Source: an uncultured delta proteobacterium
Lineage (GTDB): Bacteria > Myxococcota_A > Polyangia > Polyangiales > Polyangiaceae
Direction: 5' to 3'
Assembly: GCA_963850305.1 (NCBI GenBank)
Contig: CAWKKR010000008.1
Location: 416,001 to 480,000, forward strand
DNA: 64,000 nucleotides
Both the position numbers and the translations under genes were made by a program. A model generated the notes under the pieces. It saw only the letters and a program-made list of their open reading frames with translations. It was not told where the DNA came from and did not search any database. Shown here one piece after another: positions 20,740-29,468 of the stretch; positions within the stretch are counted from its first letter, which is position 1; every line of letters starts with the position of its first letter.

Positions 20740-21216
20740 TCACGGCCCCGCATCGTCCGCGCGGGCGCCGTCGGGTTCTGCGTGCGCGTCCGCCGCGCTG
20801 GCGTCGTTCGCCGATCCTGCGGACCCGACGCCTGCGCCGGCGTCCGCGCACCACGTCTGGGCTGGCGGGGCGCAATCGAGAATGTCACGCGGACCGGCGA
20901 GCGTCTGCGAGCAGTAGCGCGATCCGGCGGGAACGCCGTACAGCACGCCTCCGACGAGCGCGCCGGTGCTCGAGTCGTATGCGCAAAGCACGCTCCCGTC
21001 GTGCCCCCACGAGTAGAGACGATACGTGCCGCAGGTGCCTCGCCTCGGATACTCGCGCGGGTCGCACGAGAGGGTATCTTCGCCCACGGATGCCGTCGCG
21101 GACGCACGATGCGGCGGGGACGCCGCCGTCGCACCCCCGGCTCTGACCTGGGATTCGCGGGCATCCTTCTCGTCGTGCCGAACTTGCCCGAAGTCGCGCC
21201 CGGAGCGAGCCGTCAC
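20740..21216 (-). CDS. Cys-containing hypothetical protein, possibly 5'-degraded
   Basis: CAYDSSTGALVG motif and DAG-rich tail typical of myxobacterial exported proteins; no clear signal peptide. Confidence 0.45.
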   Translation of the reverse strand: MTARSGRDFGQVRHDEKDARESQVRAGGATAASPPHRASATASVGEDTLSCDPREYPRRGTCGTYRLYSWGHDGSVLCAYDSSTGALVGGVLYGVPAGSRYCSQTLAGPRDILDCAPPAQTWCADAGAGVGSAGSANDASAADAHAEPDGARADDAGP

Positions 21217-21268
21217 GCGCTCGCGGGTTTTCTTTCCGCGCTGCCGCCCGCGCCGCGGCCAAGAAGTC

Positions 21269-22195
21269 TCAGCCGCCGTCCACGCCGACGAGCACGGACT
21301 TCTGCGTGCAGAACACGCCGATCTCGTCCGTGAGATAACCGGGCAACACGGTGAAGTCTACGCTCGTCGGCGGCCGGGGGATGCCCCACGCAGAGAGCGT
21401 GAGGGAAAGCGGCGCGCAGTCGAACTGGGAATCGGTGAACGTGATCGTGTAGTCCCCGGGCTCGAGGTTGTAATAAAAGCCGAGTCCGTTCAGCGTCGTC
21501 TTCGAGGCCTGGAAATGACTGCCCTTGTTCTGGAAGAAGGGCCCCTCACTCGCCGACTCGATGGCGGCGTCGCTGCCGCTCTGCCTGAGGGCGACGCTCA
21601 CGTCGGCTTCGGTCTCGAAGGCGTTGGGGTCGTTGTTTCCCGGGACGGGGCCAATGGCGAAAAAGTTCATCGAGCCCTTGGTCGGGTCCTGCGTGACGCC
21701 CGCGGGCAGAGCTGCGCGCGTCGTTCGGTACATGAAGATGCCTCCAGTGGTCACCTCCATGTCCGTGCTCGCGGTCTGCACCACCTTCACCTCCTTGACG
21801 TAGTCGGCCTTCTCCAGGGTGATGATGAGGTTCGTCAGTGGAGGGATCTTGTCGAGCTCGAAGTCGCCCTCGGAGTCCGACGTCGTGCACGGGATCTCGG
21901 GGTGGTCGTGGACGCAGATGGCCACGCCCGGAAGGCCTGGGAGCTGGCCGATCCCGTTCGCCGCGTTCGCCCCGGCGTCCACGACCGCGGCATCAGGCTT
22001 TCCCGCATCGGGAGAACGCCCGGCAGTGACGTCGATCACTTGCCACGTCAGCTTGAAGGTCTTTGAAACGACCCCCGCGTCAGAGCCAAGTTTGTTGGTG
22101 TTGCTGGTGCCGTTGCTGGTGCCGTTGCTGCTACATGCAGCAGCGCTCACGAGCGCGACGAGGCCCACGGCGCAAACGCTTCGATTCATTGCCAT
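21269..22195 (-). CDS. Lipoprotein with carboxypeptidase-regulatory-like beta-sandwich domains
   Basis: AAA-C lipobox; GVAIC...CTTSDSEGDFEL; YNLEPGDYTITF. Confidence 0.75.
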   Translation of the reverse strand: MAMNRSVCAVGLVALVSAAACSSNGTSNGTSNTNKLGSDAGVVSKTFKLTWQVIDVTAGRSPDAGKPDAAVVDAGANAANGIGQLPGLPGVAICVHDHPEIPCTTSDSEGDFELDKIPPLTNLIITLEKADYVKEVKVVQTASTDMEVTTGGIFMYRTTRAALPAGVTQDPTKGSMNFFAIGPVPGNNDPNAFETEADVSVALRQSGSDAAIESASEGPFFQNKGSHFQASKTTLNGLGFYYNLEPGDYTITFTDSQFDCAPLSLTLSAWGIPRPPTSVDFTVLPGYLTDEIGVFCTQKSVLVGVDGG

Positions 22196-22243
22196 GTTCT
22201 TCTTCAGGTCGGGGAAGGGGCCGTGCCGGCGCCTCGAAAAAAC

Positions 22244-23356
22244 TCAGTTTCGGTTGCACTGGAAGTTGTAGACAGTCATCGGATCGTCCGTATTGACGAG
22301 GCTCCCCGCCACCAGGCACATCTCTCCGGTGTAGACCTCGTTCCGGAACGTCAGGACCGTGTCGCTGTCGTTGTCGACCTCGCACTCCCACTGAAGCGTG
22401 TCCGTGGGCTCGAGCGTCAGATCGCCGGAAAAGTCCCCGCCCGGCGTCTGCGAGGTGGGGTTCGCCGGCGTGTTGGTGTGAGCGGTGTCGTAAAACAGGG
22501 TCACCGGATCCTCCCAGCTGTAGTTCACGAGGACCGTCGTCTTGACTCCCCCGGAAACCTTCCAGATGGTCATGCGCTTCGCGTGCGCGTGCATGTGAGC
22601 CGCGAGGTCCAGGATGCGGATGGGCCGGTCGGGGCTGCAGCTGAAGTCGTAGTTCTGATGGGTGCCGGGCGTGATGTAGTAACCGAGCCCGCCGTTGAGA
22701 TCGACCGCGCCCCGCTGCCCCTTCATCTGGTCCTGGTCGATGTAGTAATAGTTGAGCCACGCTTCGCGGAGCGTGTTCACGTCGGAAGTGTTGATGACGT
22801 GAAAGTTCAGCACCGCCTGGGTCGCCGCCGGCACTTCGCGTCCGAGCCCCTGATTCTCGGGGGCCGGGTCCACTCGCTCGTCGACCTTCGGCGTCTGGGT
22901 CCCGCCGAAGAGCCCTGCCGGAACCTCATCGGTCGCATCGCACGGCGCGAAGCCCTGGGTCGTCACCGGCGGTGTCACGGCTTGCCCGGGAGCGTTCCGG
23001 CTTTGTGCGATCAGGTGATGGCTGCCGGGCCTCATCTGGAACTCGTAGCCCGAGTAAAAGATGTCGCTCGTGTTGGGGCTCAGCTCGAAGAAGCAGTCGA
23101 GCGACTCCTGGCCCGGCGGGAGCGTGAACTTCGCGACCTCGTCCGGATCATCGTAGTCCGACGGACCGTAGTGCAGTTGAAAGCCTTCCGTCGCAGATGG
23201 CGGAGCGAGGCACTGGTCGTCGCCAACGAAGCCGGTGTTGGTCGGGCAGGTCCCGTTCATCTGCACCTTGTTGCTGGAACCCGCGGAGGACGAACTGCAA
23301 CCGATTGCCGCAAGCGCGAGCGCGCACAACACCTGAGTCGCTGTTCTGTTCGTCAT
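22244..23356 (-). CDS. Lipoprotein copper type II (PHM/DBH-like) monooxygenase
   Basis: AIG-C lipobox and AAGGAG RBS; CuH-type SHH, CuM-type HMH and GEMC motifs. Confidence 0.8.
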   Translation of the reverse strand: MTNRTATQVLCALALAAIGCSSSSAGSSNKVQMNGTCPTNTGFVGDDQCLAPPSATEGFQLHYGPSDYDDPDEVAKFTLPPGQESLDCFFELSPNTSDIFYSGYEFQMRPGSHHLIAQSRNAPGQAVTPPVTTQGFAPCDATDEVPAGLFGGTQTPKVDERVDPAPENQGLGREVPAATQAVLNFHVINTSDVNTLREAWLNYYYIDQDQMKGQRGAVDLNGGLGYYITPGTHQNYDFSCSPDRPIRILDLAAHMHAHAKRMTIWKVSGGVKTTVLVNYSWEDPVTLFYDTAHTNTPANPTSQTPGGDFSGDLTLEPTDTLQWECEVDNDSDTVLTFRNEVYTGEMCLVAGSLVNTDDPMTVYNFQCNRN

Positions 23357-23677
23357 GCAAGGCTCCTTAATCGGGCTCGCCGTACGGGCCGAATATTTCG
23401 AGGGGGTTTCCTTGGGCCTCGCGAGGCCCCCAAGGCACTGCTGGCCCCTAATGCCCGACCGATCTGTCCCCGTCAATAGTCACTTCCGTGACGTCCGTCT
23501 CACGCCGCATCAGAGCAGCCACTCGATCAATCGCGCATCAGATTCGATCAATCGATCGATCTCGTCGAGGCTCGAGCAAGCAACGACGGCTGTTCGTCGA
23601 TTCCCGGGCCGCGTGATTTCGTATGGAGCCGCGCGACCTGTTTCACTTCGCGGCGATCAGCGATACTTCGTGCCACC

Positions 23678-23815
23678 ATGCACGCCATCGTCAACACTTT
23701 GAAACTCGCCCGACCGCTCGACGACCAGATCCTCCACACGATAGAGGATTTCAATGTGCGTCCGTACCTCGCGGGTCCTGTCACGCGCAGCGTCGGCGAG
23801 GTCATCGTCGACCTC
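23678..23815 (+). pseudogene. Possible internally deleted small dimeric alpha/beta-barrel (ABM-like) gene running into the 70-bp repeat
   Basis: MHAIVNTLKLARPLD... joins directly to ...VRPYLAGPVTRSVGEVIV, which look like the two ends of a ~100-aa protein. Confidence 0.3.
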
Positions 23816-24048
23816 CCCCGCCGCCTTCGGCGCGCTCGTGCTCGCAAGGGGGTCTTGACCCCCGCGGCTCGCTTCGCGACCGCTCCCCCGCCGCCTTCGG
23901 CGCGCTCGTGCTCGCAAGGGGGTCTTGACCCCCGCGGCTCGCTTCGCGACCGCTCCCCCGCCGCCTTCGGCGCGCTCGTGCTCGCAAGGGGGTCTTGACC
24001 CCCGCGGCTCGCTTCGCGACCGCTCCCCCGCCGCCTTCGGCGCGCTCG
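23813..24048. repeat. 70-bp tandem REP/BIME-like repeat (3 full copies plus a partial)
   Basis: Period 70 (starts 23813, 23883, 23953, 24023). Hairpins GGGGGTC-TT-GACCCCC and CGCC-TTC-GGCG. Confidence 0.95.
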
Positions 24049-24304
24049 CTCCGGGATTGTGAGGGTTCGAGCGGGTGAAGTGGCAGCACCTGTGCCACTT
24101 CGCGACTTTTGGATCCGGTTGAGGGTCGAGCAAACGACGGGTCGCGGAACTCGTCGGAAGTCCGAAAATGCGCGGCGAAGCCGCGCCGCGATCAGCCATG
24201 GATGCCAACGCCACCAAATACGTGGCCAAGCCAGGCGCCTGCTGTCCAGCTCGGAAACGACGCTCGACCCGACAGCGCAGCGCAGACGAGAAAGGAAAAT
24301 CGGA

Positions 24305-24320
24305 CGGCACGGCTTTCGCA
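24305..24320 (+). promoter_or_regulatory. sigma54 -24/-12 promoter
   Basis: CGGCACGGCTTTCGCA (GG-N10-GC); ATG 15 nt after the -12 C. Confidence 0.6.
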
Positions 24321-24333
24321 AGCGACGGCGTCG

Positions 24334-25972
24334 ATGATTTCTCTAAGTATCTGGCGAGCAACCTTCTTTGCAACCCTCGGCGTGTCTCCGCTCATCGCGT
24401 GTAGCAGCTCGAGTTCGAGTCATAACAACCAGGGGGATGCGGGGTCGGGCGGCGCGACGGGCGGCGGCGCGGCCACCGGAGGGGTCACAGGCACCGGCGG
24501 CGCCGGCACGGGAGCCACGGGTGGATCGGCGACGGGGGGTAAGGGCGGCACAGGTGGAATCTCGTCGACTGGCGGCTCGGGGGGGCTCGACGGCGGGGAC
24601 GCCGGAAACTCGATCTGCAAGAACCCGACGCCCCGCCTCGACTTCAACGGACAGCCGACCGGGTTCATCGATTGCGCCGGCGGTTTCACGCATCGTCCGA
24701 CCACCGCCACTTGCCCGACACACCTGCCGCGGGTCGCCCAGTGCGGCGCAGGACCGGTCGACGACGCGGGTCTTCACTCCGGTCTGTGCTCGAAGGACAC
24801 CGACTGCCCGGGTCCGGACGGCTTCTGTCAGGCCAGTACGGGCGCGATCGCCAGCTGTTTCTGCAACAACGGTTGCCAGTCGGACACCGACTGCGCGACG
24901 GGCGAGATCTGCGGCTGCGGCGACCCGGTGGGGCAATGCATCCCGGCAGCCTGCACGACCGACGCCGAGTGCGGCGCCGGGTTCCTCTGTATCAGCTCGA
25001 AAGACTCGTCAGGCTGCGGGTACACGTTCGGCTGTCAGACGGCGAAAGACACGTGCGTCACGGACGCGGATTGCAGCTTCGACGCTGGAGCGCCGTTCTG
25101 CGAGTTCATCACGGACCATCACGAGTGCTCGTTCGGGCACCCGTGCGGCACGGGCCGCCCCTTCCTCGTCGGCGGCGCGGCACGCGTCGCGAACCTCGGG
25201 ACCGGCGCGGACTGGCAATCGACGCTCCGGCCCGAGTTCGACGCGCTCGAGAACGCGACGCGCTCGACCGTCGCCGAACGGTGGACGGAGAATCGCCCTC
25301 ATGGAGCATGCGTCCATCGCCGCGTTCGCTCGTTTCGCGCTCGAGCTGATGTCGCTTGGCGCGCCGTCACGGCTCCTCGCGGCGACTCAAGCCGCCATGG
25401 CGGACGAAACCGTGCACGCTCGAGACGCCTTCGCGCTGGCAAGTGCTTACGCCGGGAGAAACCTCGGACCGGGGCTCCTCGACGTGCACCACGCGCTCAC
25501 CTTGCGGTCACCCCTGGAAGTCGTGCGAACGGCGATTCTCGAAGGCTGCATCGGCGAGACGGTCGCCGCCGTCGAGGCCGCCGAAGCGCTCGCTCACGCG
25601 ACGGATCCCGCGGTGCGCGCGGCGCTCGCGCGCGTCTCCCCGGACGAAACGAAGCACGCGGAGCTCGGATGGCAGTTCGTGCGGTGGGTCCTCGAGAGTG
25701 GCCCGGAGCAGCTGCGTGCCGTGGCGGCGGCAGAGCTCCTCGCGGTCGTGCGGACGGAGCGAACGTGGAGCGAGAGCCAAACCGCGGCGTATCGCGCCGG
25801 ACCGTCCGAACCGGCGCTGCTTGCCCACGGCGTGCTCGACGAAGGAACGCGCCTCGAGCTCAGGCGCCGCGTCCTCGCCGAGATCATCGAACCTTGCGCG
25901 CTCGCGCTGGTCCGAACCGCGGGCGGCGCGGCCTCGCGCACGGCAGCACCCGCCCACTCTACCTTTGCCTGA
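24334..25972 (+). CDS. Cys-rich lipoprotein with C-terminal ferritin-like di-iron domain; apparent +1 frameshift ~25291
   Basis: LIA-C lipobox, Gly linker, CxxDxDC repeats and GRP, then EHAS...DETVH...EGCIGET...DETKH. Confidence 0.85.
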
Positions 25973-25988
25973 TTCGTCTCTCACGCCA

Positions 25989-26040
25989 GCGAGCCGCGGG
26001 GGGGGCCAAGGCAGCCAAGACTGCCGAGGCCCCCTTTCTT
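25989..26040 (-). repeat. Single divergent copy of the REP-like family (reverse orientation)
   Basis: Reverse complement AAAGGGGGCCTCGGCAG...GGCCCCCCCGCGGCTCGC shares both ends with the 70-bp unit. Confidence 0.55.
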
Positions 26041-26103
26041 TGGTAACTTCTGCCCGGTTGCCCGGTGCGGGTGAGGGCTCATTTTGCGCTAAGGTCTGCG
26101 ACA

Positions 26104-27276
26104 ATGGCATCCACTGCCTTCTTGCATCCGAGCGGCGTTCCGCCGACCGGGCGGCGCATGCTGGTCGTCTTCGACGGGGGTGACGCTCCGGGCTATTCGT
26201 CGGTGGCGGTGGCTCTCACCGAGGAGGGCACGCGACGCGGCTACGAGGTGTGGGCCGCCACGGAGGGTTTTCGGTCCCTGACCACAGCCGCATCCGGTGA
26301 CCTGCCGTTCGAACGTCTGGTCTCGTCGCGCGCCGAGCGCTACGCGCTGCTCGCAGCGGGCCAGCCTGCGCGCTCGATGTCGCGGCGCCTGCAGGACGCG
26401 GGCTCCGACTTTCGCAGCGAGCGCTTCGCCGACTTCACGAAGGCCGAGCACCGCGCGCACGCCGTGGAGATGTTCCGCGGACAGGCCTTCACGCACCTGG
26501 TCTGCGTCGGCGGCAACGGTACCTTCGAAGGGTGCTGCGCCTGGCTCGAAAGCTTCGGACGGGCTCGCCCCGTCACGGGCTTCATCAACGTGTCGATCGA
26601 CAACGACGTCGGCGGCGACCGGGCCATCGGGTTCCTGAGCGGCGTCGAGACCGGTGCCACCATCGCCCGAGGCCTCCACGAGGACGGCTACACGCACAAG
26701 CGCATCTACCTGCTCGAGATGATGGGCAACCGCAGCGGCCGGCACGCGCTCCACTGCGGCGTGGCTGCGCGCGCTCACCTCATCGTGCTGCCCTTCTTCC
26801 AGTTTCCAGAGCGGATCCTGGCCGAGATCGCCGAGAAGCTGCTGGCTGCCGAACACGCCCTGGTGGTCGTCGCCGAAGGGTACGCCGAAGAGGAGCGCCG
26901 TCGCGGGCCCGTCGCGAGGTCCTCGAGCGCCCACCTGCTCTCCCAGCTCGAGCCCTTCGGGCTTCACGATTCACCGCGGCGGCGCGTCATCGCCGAGCCG
27001 TTCAGCCGTTACCTGCGCGGCGTGCGCCCAGGCTTCGCCGACGTGGCCGCCGCGTACTTGAAGACCACGCTCCTGCTCGATGCCTTCGACGACGGCCGGA
27101 CCGAGATCATGCCATTCGTGCTGGCAGCTCATGACGTCGGCGTGCGCCCCTTCGAGGAAGTGAAGCGCGAAGACCGCGTGGAGCGCGCGTTTCTGCCGCT
27201 GCTCGAACGCCTCGAGCTACCGGCGCTCCGCCGCTGGGTCGCGGAGAACTTCACGACGGCCGAGCGATCGATCTGA
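26104..27276 (+). CDS. Divergent 6-phosphofructokinase (PfkA) family protein
   Basis: GGDAPG, GGNGT, SIDND, EMMGNRSG and VAEG motifs. Confidence 0.8.
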   Translation: MASTAFLHPSGVPPTGRRMLVVFDGGDAPGYSSVAVALTEEGTRRGYEVWAATEGFRSLTTAASGDLPFERLVSSRAERYALLAAGQPARSMSRRLQDAGSDFRSERFADFTKAEHRAHAVEMFRGQAFTHLVCVGGNGTFEGCCAWLESFGRARPVTGFINVSIDNDVGGDRAIGFLSGVETGATIARGLHEDGYTHKRIYLLEMMGNRSGRHALHCGVAARAHLIVLPFFQFPERILAEIAEKLLAAEHALVVVAEGYAEEERRRGPVARSSSAHLLSQLEPFGLHDSPRRRVIAEPFSRYLRGVRPGFADVAAAYLKTTLLLDAFDDGRTEIMPFVLAAHDVGVRPFEEVKREDRVERAFLPLLERLELPALRRWVAENFTTAERSI

Positions 27277-27335
27277 GAGCCGCGCGAAACCCGACCCCTT
27301 GCCAGCTCTCCCGCTTCAACCGCGGGGCACCGCTA

Positions 27336-28352
27336 TCAGCGCGCTTGCGCGTGCCACGGCGTGAACCCGCGCGCCCGGGGCGTCTTCGCGTCGAGATCGA
27401 GCCACAGAAGCATGATCGCGCGCGAGATGCCCACGCCCCCCGGTCGACGCATCAGACGCCGCACTACCTCGGCACCCGCGCGATCACCCCCAGCCTCGAG
27501 GCTCACCACGACGAGGTACAGGTCCTCCACATCGTCGTCCTTCGTGAGATCGACGCGCCTGGCAGCTGCGAGTGCCGCGTCGCGCTTGCCGTCGAGCGCC
27601 GCGAAGTATGCCTCGAGCACGGCCACCGAATCGGGGAACCCGCGCGGACGGTACTCGTCGAGAGCGGCCTCTGCGTACTGGACGAGCGCCTGTTTCACCG
27701 TGCCGGTGCGCGACTCGGCGAGCATCCGCGTGAGGTAGGCGCGGTGCCAGCGGTCCTTCTGGAAGGCGAGCGTGTCGCGACCCTGCGGATCCCATGTGCC
27801 GCGTGCAGCGGAGAGGGTTGCCTGGTCGTTCTCGGCCAGCGCCGCAGCGGGGTCACCCTGCGCCTCGCGGATCATCATCATCGCATTGTGCGACCAGAAC
27901 TCGTCCGGAAGTTCCGGATGCTTGGCGAGCGTGGGGATGACCGCGACGAACGTGGCGGCGGCACGCTCGAAATCGCCCGCATAGACGAAGCGCGCGGCGC
28001 GCACGCGCGCGACGAGGTACGCGAGGTGCGCGTCATCCCCGGCGGCCGCCGTCGCGGCGGCGATCCGCTTGTCAGCCGTTGCCACGTCGCCGGCGGCGAT
28101 GGACGTCTCTGCCGCGTCGAGCGCCTCCACGAGCGCGGGCGGCGGAGTCGCCGGCTCGGGTGGTGACGGTGCGCCGGGAGCCGCGGTAGCGCCAGTAACG
28201 GGTGCCGGGAGCGGAGTCGTGGGTGGGGGCAGATATGCGGAGCATGTCGGCGCGGGCGGCGGCGTGACAGGGCCGACTGGAACGACGGGCGCCGGCGCGC
28301 ACGCGACGTGCAGCGCGGCGATGGTCACGACGGCGAGCGAGCGGAAGCGCAT
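27336..28352 (-). CDS. Putative lipoprotein, Pro-rich linker plus helical/TPR-like domain
   Basis: MRFRSLAVV...HVA-C signal; Ala-rich helical repeats. Confidence 0.7.
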   Translation of the reverse strand: MRFRSLAVVTIAALHVACAPAPVVPVGPVTPPPAPTCSAYLPPPTTPLPAPVTGATAAPGAPSPPEPATPPPALVEALDAAETSIAAGDVATADKRIAAATAAAGDDAHLAYLVARVRAARFVYAGDFERAAATFVAVIPTLAKHPELPDEFWSHNAMMMIREAQGDPAAALAENDQATLSAARGTWDPQGRDTLAFQKDRWHRAYLTRMLAESRTGTVKQALVQYAEAALDEYRPRGFPDSVAVLEAYFAALDGKRDAALAAARRVDLTKDDDVEDLYLVVVSLEAGGDRAGAEVVRRLMRRPGGVGISRAIMLLWLDLDAKTPRARGFTPWHAQAR

Positions 28353-28401
28353 GCGACAGAGAGTAAGCGAGACACGCCGCGGTTGGGCAGCGCACACTTC
28401 G

Positions 28402-28575
28402 TCAGGGGGTGACGAAGGACTCGATCCACACCCATGCAGTCGGGTTCGACGTCGGCCGCCGTGATGGGCGCGAAGCTCCAGATGACGCCGCACACGGAAC
28501 CCGCCGCGACCTGGCAGCCTCCGACGGACGCGGTCTTGTCGCACGGGCTCGTGGACCAGGTGCCGTTAGTATCGG
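28402..28575 (-). pseudogene. C-terminal scrap of a Cys-rich lipoprotein
   Basis: GTWSTSPCDKTASVGGCQV...CGVIW...DC, with SFVTP-stop in a shifted frame; no 5' part. Confidence 0.35.
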
Positions 28576-28617
28576 CGGTGCTCCGTACGGAAACCACCCG
28601 GTACCGAGACCGATGCC

Positions 28618-29361
28618 TCAGCTCGACGGGAGTGTGAGGGGTTCGAGCGCCACCAGCACGGCGACCACGGAGCCGCGCGGCGCGACCTCTCCCGCGGCGA
28701 GCGGTCGTACCATCAGCGTGCCCCCGGGGCCGAGGCCCGGAGCGATCGCCACGCGGCGAGCGCTGTGTCCGATGAGCGCCGTGTGCGAAGGGAGTTCCCA
28801 GTAGGACGGTGCCACCGTGACGACCAGCTCCGCGCTCTCGGGCGCTTCTGCTGGCGAGCCAGCTGGGTCGGCGCTCGGCGGCAGAGTCGGCGCTTGCAGG
28901 TTCTCACCGGTTCGCAGCGCGGGCGCCGGATCCGCGGATGCGGGAACACGCTTCGCCGGCATCGTGACGCGCTCCACTGCCGATGCCGACTGGGTCGGAG
29001 GCGGGAACGCTTCCGCGTTCGGCGGTGGGAGGGAGAGAACGAGGGGCGGCAACGCGCCGGGTTCCGGGGACTCCTCGACGCGTTCCGGAGACTCCTCGAC
29101 GTGTTCCCGGCGTGGCGGCGCGGGCGGCACGGTTGATTTCGGTGCCCCGATCCCGCGAGCGAGACTCGTCGCTGCTTTCGTCAGAGCAAGCGCCCGCCCT
29201 CTCCATCCTGCTGCGGTTGCCGCCGCCGCCGCGTCCCGCACGTGCTCGATGGCCTCACGCACCTCCCCCTTCTCCCACAGGATGGAGGCACGCTCCAGTG
29301 CACGTCGCGTCTCTTCGCCGTCTCGCGGATCGGCGCGGGGCAGCACGACCGAATATCTCAT
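28618..29361 (-). CDS. Hypothetical Pro-rich protein
   Basis: Helical N-terminus (ALERASILWEKGE), low-complexity middle and a short beta C-terminus; GC3-biased frame. Confidence 0.6.
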   Translation of the reverse strand: MRYSVVLPRADPRDGEETRRALERASILWEKGEVREAIEHVRDAAAAATAAGWRGRALALTKAATSLARGIGAPKSTVPPAPPRREHVEESPERVEESPEPGALPPLVLSLPPPNAEAFPPPTQSASAVERVTMPAKRVPASADPAPALRTGENLQAPTLPPSADPAGSPAEAPESAELVVTVAPSYWELPSHTALIGHSARRVAIAPGLGPGGTLMVRPLAAGEVAPRGSVVAVLVALEPLTLPSS

Positions 29362-29468
29362 CGCTAGTCCCCTATCGAAGCTCCCGATACTACGGCAGTA
29401 CGCGACACCCGGCCAGTGAGGCGCGAATTACCGCGCCCCCGGGCGTGATAGACGTCTCAGCCGTCCAC

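Noticed and set aside
23813..24048. 70-bp repeats (also 41409-41720) as a CRISPR array
   Set aside because: Whole units are identical with no unique spacers, and there are no cas genes.
3811..27276. A secondary-metabolite cluster built from the P450, Cu-monooxygenase and di-iron genes
   Set aside because: No PKS/NRPS/terpene core or convincing RiPP precursor, and the genes are dispersed in different transcription units.
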